A program made the position numbers and the translations under genes. A DNA stretch of 62,289 nt, counting the filler, from an uncultured Methanosarcinales archaeon (GTDB lineage Archaea; Nanobdellota; Nanobdellia; Woesearchaeales; CAYSVS01), in NCBI GenBank assembly GCA_964589485.1. It is 2 parts of 2 records of this genome, joined end to end, with 100 filler letters (N's around TTAATTAATTAA, not from the genome) between each part and the next. Parts side by side here need not be neighbours in the genome. Positions count along the whole stretch, not along the records: positions 1 to 31,350 come from CAZPRK010000012.1; 1 more part is not named here. One strand, given 5' to 3'. Positions 9,866-19,394 of this stretch are shown here, piece by piece (position 1 is the first letter of the stretch; the number at the start of each line of letters is the position of its first letter). Below the pieces are notes generated by a model. It did no database searches, was not told where the DNA came from, and saw nothing but the letters and a program-made list of their open reading frames with translations.

Positions 9866-11188
9866 ATGAATAACGCAATTATTGAGGGGAAATTTGTTAA
9901 TTCTGATAGAACTTTTAAAGGTCAAATTCAAATTATAGACGGAGTAATAAGAAAAATAGGGAAAAATTTAGGTCAAGCAGATTACACTTTTGATGAAAAT
10001 CATTTAATTTTTTCTGGATTTGGTGATGTACACATTCATGCACGTGAAGATGAAACTGAAATACAAAATTATAAGGAAGATTATGATTCAGTATGTAAAG
10101 CTGCAATTAATGGAGGTGTAATTCATTTAACAGCGATGCCAAATACACCGCAACCATTAATTTTTCAAAAACATTTAGAATGGCATAGAAAAAGAACTAA
10201 AGAACTTCCATTAACTGTACTTAATTATGGTGGCATTGGCCCAGGAACTATTCCTTTAGAAGAAAACGTTCCATATAAAGCTTATACTGGACCAAGCGTA
10301 GGTCCTTTATTTTTTAAAAGTGAAGAACAGTTAAGACAGACATTAATTCATTATAAGAAAAAGTCAATTAGTTTTCATGTTGAAGATTATGATTTACTTG
10401 AAGAAAATAAAAATAATGATACTCATACAAATAGACGTCCAGTGGAATGTATTTTGGCAGCATTACATTATGTTTTAGATTTAATTGAAGAATTTGATAT
10501 TGATGCAAAGTTATGTCATTGGACGTGTGGAGATGAAAGTTTTGAAATGATTAGAATGCATAGATCTAAAGGATATAAAACTAAAATTGAAGTAAGTCCT
10601 TTAAATTTATTCTTCGATGCTGATTTATTAGAAGAAAAACCTGAATTGTGGCCTTATTTACAAATGAATCCCGCATTACAAAGTAAACATCATAGATTAC
10701 AACTTATTGAAGCTTTAAGAGAAGGATTTATTGATTTAGTTGCAACAGATCACGCTCCTCATAGTTTAAATGAAAAATTTAAAAATTTTGAATCAGAGGA
10801 AGAATATAAAAAATTAAAAGAAATTGATTTAGATAAATGTAAAGAATTAAGTAAACAAGATGGTACTTCTGGTACTCCACAATTAGATACTTTTGCTTTA
10901 ATTATGACTTGGTTGATAAAAGAACATAACTTTACTCCTGAAGATATTGCAAGAATTGCATCAGAAAATCCTGGAAATTTTATAAACCAGTTTCAAAATG
11001 AAAAATTTGGAAGAATTGAGGAAGGTTATGTTGGGTCTTTAACAGTTTTAAATATTAACAAACCAACTGAGTTTACAAGAAGTAATGTAAAATCAAAGGC
11101 AGGATGGAGTCCATTTGAAAATATTACATTTCCTGGAAGTGTAGCTATGGTGATGCATAAAGGGGTCGTGTTAAATGATGAAAGTTAA
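9866..11188 (+). CDS. pyrC: dihydroorotase (amidohydrolase superfamily)
   Basis: DVHIHARE, MPNTP, MNPAL, ATDHAPH, GWSPFE; adjacent to pyrD. Confidence 0.85.
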   Translation: MNNAIIEGKFVNSDRTFKGQIQIIDGVIRKIGKNLGQADYTFDENHLIFSGFGDVHIHAREDETEIQNYKEDYDSVCKAAINGGVIHLTAMPNTPQPLIFQKHLEWHRKRTKELPLTVLNYGGIGPGTIPLEENVPYKAYTGPSVGPLFFKSEEQLRQTLIHYKKKSISFHVEDYDLLEENKNNDTHTNRRPVECILAALHYVLDLIEEFDIDAKLCHWTCGDESFEMIRMHRSKGYKTKIEVSPLNLFFDADLLEEKPELWPYLQMNPALQSKHHRLQLIEALREGFIDLVATDHAPHSLNEKFKNFESEEEYKKLKEIDLDKCKELSKQDGTSGTPQLDTFALIMTWLIKEHNFTPEDIARIASENPGNFINQFQNEKFGRIEEGYVGSLTVLNINKPTEFTRSNVKSKAGWSPFENITFPGSVAMVMHKGVVLNDES

Positions 11189-12107
11189 TTTTTCCGGAAT
11201 ACAGTTAGATAATCCTTTTTTTAATGCTTCAGGTCCTCATTGCACAACAAAAGAAGAATTAGATATTTTAGGAAGATCAAAAGCAGCAGCAATAATGACT
11301 AAAAGTTGTACATTTGAACAAAGAGATGGAAATCCAGAACCTAGGTATGTCGATATGCCTCATAATTCTTCAATTAATTCAATGGGTTTGCCTAATTTAG
11401 GTTACAAGGAATATATGAAACTAATTCCTGAATTAAAAATTCATAATAAACCTATTTTTTCAAGTGTTTCTGGAATGAAGTTAGAAGAAAATATACAAAT
11501 GGTTTCTGAGTTATCTGACGTAAAAGAATTAGATGCTATTGAATTAAATTTATCTTGTCCTAATGTAATTGGTAAGCCTCAAGTTGGTTATGACTTTGAA
11601 CAAAGTGTTGAAGTAATAGATGAAGTAAGTAAAGTTTGTAAAAAGCCACTTGGTTTAAAACTTCCTCCTTATTTCGATTTTGTACATTTTGAATTAATGG
11701 CAAATATTATTAACAAAACAAATGTAAATTTTGTTACTTGCATTAATAGTCTAGGTAATGGGTTAGTTCTGGATGTTGCTAAAGAAGAGGTAGTAATAAA
11801 ACCTAAAGGTGGATTTGGTGGTATTGGTGGAAAGTTAATTAAACCTTTTGGGTTAGCTAATGTTAGAAAATTTAGAGAATTACTTAAACCAGAAATACAA
11901 ATTATTGGAGTTGGCGGCATATTCTCAGGAATTGATGCATTTGAATACATTCTAGCAGGAGCAGATATAGTTCAAGTTGGAACAATATTAAAACAAGAAG
12001 GTCCAAGTGCATTTCAAAGGTTAATTAATGAATTAGATATAGTAATGCAAACTAAAGGGTATTCTGATTTAAGTTCTTTTAGGAATAAACTGAAAACAAT
12101 GGAATAA
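11175..12107 (+). CDS. pyrD: dihydroorotate dehydrogenase (class 1A-like)
   Basis: NASG, GNPEPRY, INSMGLPNLG, ELNLSCPN, KPKGGFGGIGG. Confidence 0.93.
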   Translation: MMKVNFSGIQLDNPFFNASGPHCTTKEELDILGRSKAAAIMTKSCTFEQRDGNPEPRYVDMPHNSSINSMGLPNLGYKEYMKLIPELKIHNKPIFSSVSGMKLEENIQMVSELSDVKELDAIELNLSCPNVIGKPQVGYDFEQSVEVIDEVSKVCKKPLGLKLPPYFDFVHFELMANIINKTNVNFVTCINSLGNGLVLDVAKEEVVIKPKGGFGGIGGKLIKPFGLANVRKFRELLKPEIQIIGVGGIFSGIDAFEYILAGADIVQVGTILKQEGPSAFQRLINELDIVMQTKGYSDLSSFRNKLKTME

Positions 12108-12146
12108 CCATAATATTTATAAAATAATAAAATTCGAAGATTATTT

Positions 12147-12500
12147 ATGATCAATCATTTAATTTTAGAAAAAGATGAACGATATGCTGGAGTAAATCCT
12201 CCAAAAAGTGTACAGATTAAATTGGACTATTTAATTCAACAAGGAAGAGAAGTTGTTCTAATTGAACAAAAAAAACCTAATAATGATTCTTATGGAAATG
12301 CATTTATAATTTCAGAAATTAAATATGGAATTAGACAAGACCTAATTTATGAAACTCAAAGTGGACATGGAAATTATTATAGAAAAGATAAAGATGTTTT
12401 AAAAGCTGTAGAAAAATCTAAACTTCATCCTACTGAAATTAAAAAAACTAATTTTGTCATGACTGGTGTTAGAAAATCACTTGACTTAATTTTAAATTAA
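12147..12500 (+). CDS. hypothetical protein
   Basis: 117-aa ORF with AT-rich promoter-like upstream region. Confidence 0.55.
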   Translation: MINHLILEKDERYAGVNPPKSVQIKLDYLIQQGREVVLIEQKKPNNDSYGNAFIISEIKYGIRQDLIYETQSGHGNYYRKDKDVLKAVEKSKLHPTEIKKTNFVMTGVRKSLDLILN

Positions 12501-12614
12501 AAAAGAAAAAGAATTTGCATTCAAATTCGGAGGGGGAGTGAAATGAATGCAAAATTATCGAAGGTACAAACTGATTGACTTTTTCAAGTATCTAGTTCGT
12601 GTGCCTTGCGACAT
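12500..12614 (-). ncRNA. candidate small structured RNA (two hairpins plus U-tract)
   Basis: perfect 10-bp stem 12514-12523/12544-12553, long imperfect stem 12558-12611, poly-T 3' on minus strand, TATA-like sequence about 25 nt upstream. Confidence 0.4.
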
Positions 12615-12665
12615 ATATATAATGGTTAAATGATTACTTATAATTTATGTAAGGAATGTATATAC

Positions 12666-14930
12666 TTACTTTAAAGAATTAACAACTATATCATAAACTT
12701 CTGGGTATATTTCAGGATTAATCATTTTATTATGCATTTCCGTTTTAAGGTAATCTTCACACTTACCTTCAACATAAACATTTTCACCAAAGGATAAAAA
12801 CCCGTCTTCTTTCATTAATATACCATCACCATTGTTTGCACATCCTTGTCCTATTATGTTAACAACTGGAACTTCAATATTAGATTGTTTTGCATTTAAT
12901 CTATTCAAAAACACGCTACCTTTTGCCATATCTTCGCATTCTGAATTTGCACCAGTAATTTTACATAATTTAACAATATTTTCAGTAAATCCGTTATGTG
13001 GCACTGCAATAAATACAACTTTACCAATATTATTTTCTCCGAAAAGGTTAATAAATTCTCTTGTAACTAATCCCCCCATTGAATGTGCAACTATGTTTAT
13101 TTTTTCAGCTCCTGTTTTAAATTTAATTTGATCAATTATTTCTCTTAATCTTATTGCATAATTTTCAATCCTATCAGTTTTTTGTGCTGTTATTGTATAT
13201 AACCCAATGTCATAAGTATTGATAAAATAATAAGTACTTCTTATACTGATAGGAGTATTCATTCTTCCAAGGTAACCTTTTTTATCAAGATCATAATTAT
13301 CACCTATATTTATTTCACCTGCATTTATGTATCCGTCTTGTTCTAATTTTTGTTGTAATTTACTCATAGTTTTTAAGCTAGCTTCTACCTTATCATCAAT
13401 GTGAAAACTATGTCCATGTAATAATAAAACAGGGTATTTAGCTTGACAATTTTCAAAACAACATTCTTTACATTTTCCAAATGTACAACATTTTGTTTTG
13501 TGTTCGTTTAATGTTAAATTAATGTCACTTGGTTTTGAAACAACTTTTTTAATAATACTTTCTTTAGTAATTAAAGGCCTAACTATACTATGATTTTTCG
13601 TTGAGCATTGTATTTGAGATAATTCGTCAAAGTTAAGAATAAATTGAGTTCTGTTAATAAATACAGATTTATTTGATATTTCTAATAATTTTCGAGTTTT
13701 ATTATTTGCAATAATTGAATTTTCAAACATTTGAGATAATATGATTTGTACATTGGAGTTAGTTTCATTGTATAAAAAATTATGAGTTTCTACATCAGTT
13801 ATTAGTTGACTTTTTTCATTACAAATTCTATTTAATTCTTCATCATATACTATGTTTTCATTAAAGTTAAGTTCAAAATCATTTACACCTAATAAAAATC
13901 TAAATTTTTTCAAAATAAAATCTTTTTTTAATATATCCAAGTTAGCTTTTAAAGTATAGTTTATATTTAATTTCTCCAATTCATCAATAAAAATAGTATG
14001 AATTTTACTTAAATTTTCAATTTCTTCAACATTTTCATAAATATTAATTAATTTATTGTAAGGTTCATTAATATCTTTAAAATAACCATATTGATTTAAT
14101 GAATTATTTGTTAATACTTTATTAGACGTAAAAATAATATTATTATAAATGTCAATATCATCAAAAATATTTTGTCTCATATCAAAAATATAATTGTCAT
14201 CAAACTCATATCCTTTATACATTGAAGATAAATCTAAATATGCTTGTTTCTCCCATAAACTAACAAATTGTTCATTTTTTCTTTTAAAATTAAACCAATC
14301 TTGATTAATTTTATTTTGTTTTTTATTTAAGTTATCAAAAAATCTTTGAGTTTTATTTTGTAATAAAAATTCATTTTCTTTATTCAAAGTATCTATTTCT
14401 TTAATTCTAATAAAATCATTTTCTAACAGTTCTTTAACTTCTTTAACAATTGTTTTTTCTTGTTCAGAAATATCGTAACCAAGAGTAATCAATGAACTTT
14501 CTTGAACTTTATTTTCTTGAGTTCTACAAACAGTTGTTTTTTTATTATTACATTGAACATTAAATGAATAAATTTTTTGACCTTTTCCAATGTCAAAAGA
14601 GTTCAAACTATATTGTAAATCTACTTTAGTTTTATGTGGAAGAGTTATATCTTTTTTTTCAATTGATTTATTTCTACTTATATCAAACAATTCATAAGAA
14701 CAAAAACTTTCACACCATGCAAAATTTTCATTAACAAAAGAAATATTTATTTGTTTTTCTTCATTATAATGGGTGTTTAATAATATTTCTTTTGGTGTTA
14801 ATACTATTGCTAATTCTTCTTTTGTTAGAAAACTTATAGTATTACTTACAAAAAAAATTATTGTTACTGATATTAATGCTATTAAGATTAAAATTGTTAA
14901 ATTCCTAAATATTTTTTTATTTTTAGTCAC
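12666..14930 (-). CDS. membrane-anchored alpha/beta hydrolase (lipase/PGAP1-like) with long stalk
   Basis: N-terminal TM; C-terminal PVLLLHGH, IVAHSMGG nucleophile elbow, GDG..H; Cys clusters. Confidence 0.85.
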   Translation of the reverse strand: MTKNKKIFRNLTILILIALISVTIIFFVSNTISFLTKEELAIVLTPKEILLNTHYNEEKQINISFVNENFAWCESFCSYELFDISRNKSIEKKDITLPHKTKVDLQYSLNSFDIGKGQKIYSFNVQCNNKKTTVCRTQENKVQESSLITLGYDISEQEKTIVKEVKELLENDFIRIKEIDTLNKENEFLLQNKTQRFFDNLNKKQNKINQDWFNFKRKNEQFVSLWEKQAYLDLSSMYKGYEFDDNYIFDMRQNIFDDIDIYNNIIFTSNKVLTNNSLNQYGYFKDINEPYNKLINIYENVEEIENLSKIHTIFIDELEKLNINYTLKANLDILKKDFILKKFRFLLGVNDFELNFNENIVYDEELNRICNEKSQLITDVETHNFLYNETNSNVQIILSQMFENSIIANNKTRKLLEISNKSVFINRTQFILNFDELSQIQCSTKNHSIVRPLITKESIIKKVVSKPSDINLTLNEHKTKCCTFGKCKECCFENCQAKYPVLLLHGHSFHIDDKVEASLKTMSKLQQKLEQDGYINAGEINIGDNYDLDKKGYLGRMNTPISIRSTYYFINTYDIGLYTITAQKTDRIENYAIRLREIIDQIKFKTGAEKINIVAHSMGGLVTREFINLFGENNIGKVVFIAVPHNGFTENIVKLCKITGANSECEDMAKGSVFLNRLNAKQSNIEVPVVNIIGQGCANNGDGILMKEDGFLSFGENVYVEGKCEDYLKTEMHNKMINPEIYPEVYDIVVNSLK

Positions 14931-14962
14931 ATTAAGTATATATTATAAAACCATTTAAAAAC

Positions 14963-15643
14963 TTATTGTCTTGGTTTAAGCCGGCCATATCTATTTAAAA
15001 AGTAGTTAACTACTTTTCTTTCAGATATATCAATTACTTTAAGTCCGTTTAAGTAATTAAATACACTAACATATGTTGTATCTAAACTTTTTGCAAATTT
15101 TTCACTTATTTTTGCACCAACATAATCATTTTTACCATATATATTTCGATAATTTTTTGCCATTTCAATAGTATACCTGATTGTAGAATTACTTACTTGT
15201 AAAATCCCAAGAGGTATTGCACTTCTTTTTATTTTATTTGTATTAATTTTAGTTTTTCCGAGAAATAATCCATTCTTCATTATTGCAAGCATAAAAATTT
15301 GTTGTGCATACATAATTTTTTGTTCGTCATGTTTTAAATTAAGAAAACTTTGAGATAAAACTACTTTTGAATCACCATGTACATTTAATTCTAAGGAATA
15401 TATTGGTTCTGTTTCAATTTTATGAATATATTTAGGAACTAATTTATCTTCTACAATTATTGTAGATATTTCAAAATTATCAGGGTTAGGTAAATTTAAT
15501 TCTTTAGCTACATCTTGGCTATTCTTTTTTGCTTTATTTAATAAAATATCTTCCAAATTATCATTTTTAGGCGTAACTATATTTGAAAAAGCTTCATTTG
15601 CAAATAATAATGCACTTGTAATTAAAAATTCTCTCCTATTCAT
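14963..15643 (-). CDS. hypothetical exported protein with twin-arginine-like signal
   Basis: MNRREFLITSALLF N-terminus. Confidence 0.65.
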   Translation of the reverse strand: MNRREFLITSALLFANEAFSNIVTPKNDNLEDILLNKAKKNSQDVAKELNLPNPDNFEISTIIVEDKLVPKYIHKIETEPIYSLELNVHGDSKVVLSQSFLNLKHDEQKIMYAQQIFMLAIMKNGLFLGKTKINTNKIKRSAIPLGILQVSNSTIRYTIEMAKNYRNIYGKNDYVGAKISEKFAKSLDTTYVSVFNYLNGLKVIDISERKVVNYFLNRYGRLKPRQ

Positions 15644-16086
15644 AATTTAAACTCCATTATATCAAAACCTTTTCCTCTTTTTACAAATGTAAAATTATTA
15701 TTTTCATAGAATTGTTTAGCTTTATGTGTTCTTAGGTAAATTGATTTTAATTTCATTTTTTTTGCTCTTCTAATTAAACTTTGAATTAGTTTACTTCCTA
15801 TTCTTTGATTTCTTTTTTTTGGGTTTACTCCAGTAGCTGTAATGTATAATATTTTTCCCTTTTTATTATGGTGTCCTTTAGTATTAATTCTTGGAATGTA
15901 ATATTTAATCCATAATTCACTAGTAACATAACCTAATAATTTATTATTTTCAAAATATCCCAGACAACCTTTTGGAAAAGTAATTATTCTATGAAGATGA
16001 ATTTCTTTTTTTTCACTAAAATCAAATACTTTTTCATCTAACTTTTTTAATTCATCAATTATTGTTGGTTTTAATTGTTTAATCAT
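15640..16086 (-). CDS. GNAT family N-acetyltransferase
   Basis: GVNPKKRNQRIGSKLI motif A, AKQFYENNNF. Confidence 0.9.
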   Translation of the reverse strand: MIKQLKPTIIDELKKLDEKVFDFSEKKEIHLHRIITFPKGCLGYFENNKLLGYVTSELWIKYYIPRINTKGHHNKKGKILYITATGVNPKKRNQRIGSKLIQSLIRRAKKMKLKSIYLRTHKAKQFYENNNFTFVKRGKGFDIMEFKL

Positions 16087-16142
16087 TTAAGAATTTATTA
16101 TAACTAGTTTTAAATAGTTTTCTTTATTAGTAAAAATATGAT

Positions 16143-16526
16143 TTATTTATTAATATAAAATTCAGTAATAATTCTTTGACCACCAAAATATTTAACAACA
16201 TTTTCTAAAGGAACATTTTTTTCAATAGGAAATCTATGTCCATTTCTGTGATAAATTAACGCAGGTTCATCACTAACAACAAAACCCATATGTACAATAT
16301 TATCTCTACTAAGCACTAATAATGCTCCTTCTCGGGGGCTTTCTAATTTAATCATGCTTTCAAGCAATTTATGAATTTCTCCAGAATCCCAACGTTTTTC
16401 ACCTATTCCTATATATTCGTCTTTATTTGAAAAACCTAATATGTATAGAGCTGTTCCTATAGAGTTGGTAGTAGAAATAGTATTTTTAGCAATTTCCATT
16501 CTTTCTTTTTGCCATTTAGTAATCAT
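16143..16526 (-). CDS. hypothetical protein, NlpC/P60-like fold suspected
   Basis: NSIGTALY...PREGALLVL...HMGFVV...IYH. Confidence 0.55.
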   Translation of the reverse strand: MITKWQKERMEIAKNTISTTNSIGTALYILGFSNKDEYIGIGEKRWDSGEIHKLLESMIKLESPREGALLVLSRDNIVHMGFVVSDEPALIYHRNGHRFPIEKNVPLENVVKYFGGQRIITEFYINK

Positions 16527-16751
16527 TTATTTGTGAAAAGAAGATTCCTTTTAAATGTTTATTAGAAAATAAAACGCTGCGGCCCAAAGTAAAACGTTAA
16601 GTTTATGTTTTTACCTTTATCTGTTATATAAAATGTAGTCGGAGAAAGTATATAATTGTTTTGGTTTTTGATGTAACTTTAAATTCTTTATTTTATAAAG
16701 TCATAATTTAATATGAATATATTTATATAAACTTTAATTATTTGATAATAT

Positions 16752-17231
16752 ATGAAACATATTGGATGGTGTTTAGAAAGAATACAAATTGCAATGGCTC
16801 ACATACCTAAAGCAGTAAGTTCTCAAAAAGATAAACAAAAAGCTAACAAAATACTTAATGAAGTTCAAGAGTATGAAAAAACTTTAGTTCAATTGATATT
16901 ACACCCTAAATTCAAAAAATATTTATCTAAATTGGAAAATTCATCTATTGAAGGAATAAGGTTACAAGCAAATGAAATTGAAGGGTTATTTAAAGACCTT
17001 AAGCATATGTTATATATTTTAGATTTGTATATTAAGAATCTAAGAGAAATAATTGCGCATAACCCTGAACAATGGAGTATAAAGGCAGACCAGTTAGTTC
17101 TTATGATTCATCAAAAGTTTGGTAGCGAAACTGGTGAATTGCGAAAGGAATTTCAAGTTGCATTACATAAAGAAGAAGAATTAAAGCAACTTATAACTTG
17201 TGAAGAACATTTAGCAGAGTTTCTTAAATAA
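16752..17231 (+). CDS. hypothetical helical protein
   Basis: 159-aa ORF with TATA-like upstream sequence. Confidence 0.65.
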   Translation: MKHIGWCLERIQIAMAHIPKAVSSQKDKQKANKILNEVQEYEKTLVQLILHPKFKKYLSKLENSSIEGIRLQANEIEGLFKDLKHMLYILDLYIKNLREIIAHNPEQWSIKADQLVLMIHQKFGSETGELRKEFQVALHKEEELKQLITCEEHLAEFLK

Positions 17232-17249
17232 TATTAAAGCTAAATAAAC

Positions 17250-19394
17250 TTAAACTTTCAAAGAAATTCTATTATATGTTTCTGCACCTCCTTCTTCATC
17301 ACCAATTACTGCATCTAAAGAAATCTCTTTATTAGTACTTTGCATGAGTTTAAAGTATCTAGCTGCAGTATAAATGAAATTTGTTAATTTACCTACCCTA
17401 TCCACATTATACTTTAATTTTATTGCATAAACATCCATGTGAGAACTACAATGTGTAAGTGCTTCATCAATGAAAGGAACTTGATATTTTTCAGCAAAAT
17501 AGCTATGAGTTTTTATCAACCAAGAACTGGTTTGCTCTCTAACTTTCTCATCAAAGGAGTATAACAACCTACCTGCCTTATATAGAAGCTTTTGTTCTTC
17601 TGATTTAGAAATACCTTCAAAAGTTTCAATGGGCTTTAAAGTTTGTAGAACTTTGTAATCTTCTTTAATGCTATCCTCTATATGTTTCGAAGAATCTTTA
17701 TCCCCTGTAAATAGTTCAACAATATACTTTATTGCTTTTCCTGTACATGTCTTGGTAAGTAATTTTCTTAATCTAATATAATCTATATCTTCTTCAGTAA
17801 ATTTATCTTTAATATCAGGAAGACTTTTTCCTCCAGCTACTAAATTTGTGAAGTATTTTACTTCCGAAACCCATAGAGTAGGAGCTGAATATTTTTTCTC
17901 CCAGTTTTCCTCAAAAGTCCTATCTTCGTTAGAAATAAGTTGAGAAATGATTTTCCAATTTGAAAAAAAGGCATTAGAAGCATCCTGAAATTTTCTTTTT
18001 AAACCATATTTTTGTTTTAATTCTTCAAGTAAAACTATCAGCCCTGCTTTATTACCATATATTTCAAAAAATGAATCCGAATCCATGTCATACTTGAATT
18101 TCAAATAATCTACTGCAAGCTTAATAGTATCACATGAAACACCGATATTTTTAGGATCCCAATTTTCTCTAAATTGTTTATTATCTTGAACACCTAAAAT
18201 ATCTTTAATGATTTTCTTTCTTGTTACAGTATCTAATAAATGTTTACTTGCTCTGTATCCAGCTTCATTCAAAATATCATCATATAAATTAACTATTCCA
18301 CTTTCAATTCCATATCTTTCAAAAAAAAGTCTAGTATCTTGAAAATACTTTTTCTTTAGAAAATTAATTGTATTCATAACTTCATCGTATGTTCCTTCAA
18401 TTTGCCCGTGTTTCCAAGAAGTTCTAAACCTATCATCTGAAACTTCAAGTAAAGCTTCCAAAGTAGTTCCACTATTAAACATTGTTTTTAATAAAGTAAA
18501 ATTATGTTTAACGCCAGTTTTTCTTTTTATTAACTCTGTAATCTTTAGCGGGCCTAATTTTGAACCATATGCTTCAAAAAAGTGATCACTATCTCTTTGA
18601 TATTCTTCTCTAAATAAGTTCAAAATAGCAGTTTTATTATTTAATTCAGATGAAATATATCTTGGGTTATACCCGACCAAATCATTAGAATCAATATTCA
18701 ATATATATGCAAGAACTTCTGGGTCTTTAACCAAAGAGGTTATAGCATTAGCATTAGACCTAATTTGAAGTTCCTTTTTTAATCTATCTTGAAGGTTACT
18801 TATCCCCAATACTCCACCAAATTCTTCCATAAAATATTCTTTACCTTTAGCATATTCCTTTTTTAATAAATCAGAAATTCTATCTATTTGCTCTAAACTT
18901 AGTAATATAGATTTTGGGTTCCAATCTTTAAAATCATTTATATCTAAATCACAAACTTTAGCCATTAGCTCTGGATTTTTTATGAAAGAGTTTAGAATGT
19001 TTAAATTCATTCCATACCCCATCTTAGCTAAATCTCTAGCTAAAATTATTCCTCCTTGCCTACTCCCATATTTTAAAAAGAATGCTTCACCAAGTATTTC
19101 ATATTTCTCTTTCACTAAATGTAAAAAAGCATCTTTTTGCTTCCTTGTTAAAGTTACACGTGCTGGATTCCAATATTCTTTAAATCTTTTATCTTCTACT
19201 CCTAGAAAATCTTCTATGGTAGAGCTATTGAAAAAGGTCACAAGTTCTTGACCTACAGAGTTTATGTTTAACTCCTTCTTCAAGTCATCAGCTAAATTAA
19301 TCAATCCATCTATGGAACCATATCTTTCTATAAATTCATCAGAGTTTCTAGAATAAGCAGCAATTGCAAAATTTTGTATTTTTAAAACGTTCAA
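17250..19394 (-). CDS. C-terminal part of giant repeat protein (6 repeats plus sigma70-like tail)
   Basis: repeated F[FI]ExYG..G...L / F...W.P motifs; tail with KYNVDRVGKLTNFIY and EISLDAVIGDEEG. Confidence 0.75.
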   Translation of the reverse strand: MNVLKIQNFAIAAYSRNSDEFIERYGSIDGLINLADDLKKELNINSVGQELVTFFNSSTIEDFLGVEDKRFKEYWNPARVTLTRKQKDAFLHLVKEKYEILGEAFFLKYGSRQGGIILARDLAKMGYGMNLNILNSFIKNPELMAKVCDLDINDFKDWNPKSILLSLEQIDRISDLLKKEYAKGKEYFMEEFGGVLGISNLQDRLKKELQIRSNANAITSLVKDPEVLAYILNIDSNDLVGYNPRYISSELNNKTAILNLFREEYQRDSDHFFEAYGSKLGPLKITELIKRKTGVKHNFTLLKTMFNSGTTLEALLEVSDDRFRTSWKHGQIEGTYDEVMNTINFLKKKYFQDTRLFFERYGIESGIVNLYDDILNEAGYRASKHLLDTVTRKKIIKDILGVQDNKQFRENWDPKNIGVSCDTIKLAVDYLKFKYDMDSDSFFEIYGNKAGLIVLLEELKQKYGLKRKFQDASNAFFSNWKIISQLISNEDRTFEENWEKKYSAPTLWVSEVKYFTNLVAGGKSLPDIKDKFTEEDIDYIRLRKLLTKTCTGKAIKYIVELFTGDKDSSKHIEDSIKEDYKVLQTLKPIETFEGISKSEEQKLLYKAGRLLYSFDEKVREQTSSWLIKTHSYFAEKYQVPFIDEALTHCSSHMDVYAIKLKYNVDRVGKLTNFIYTAARYFKLMQSTNKEISLDAVIGDEEGGAETYNRISLKV

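Noticed and set aside
16572..16620. GC-rich patch with weak hairpin (cgctgcggcccaaagtaaaacg...)
   Set aside because: No tRNA cloverleaf or recognisable RNA motif; stem is weak and AT-rich.
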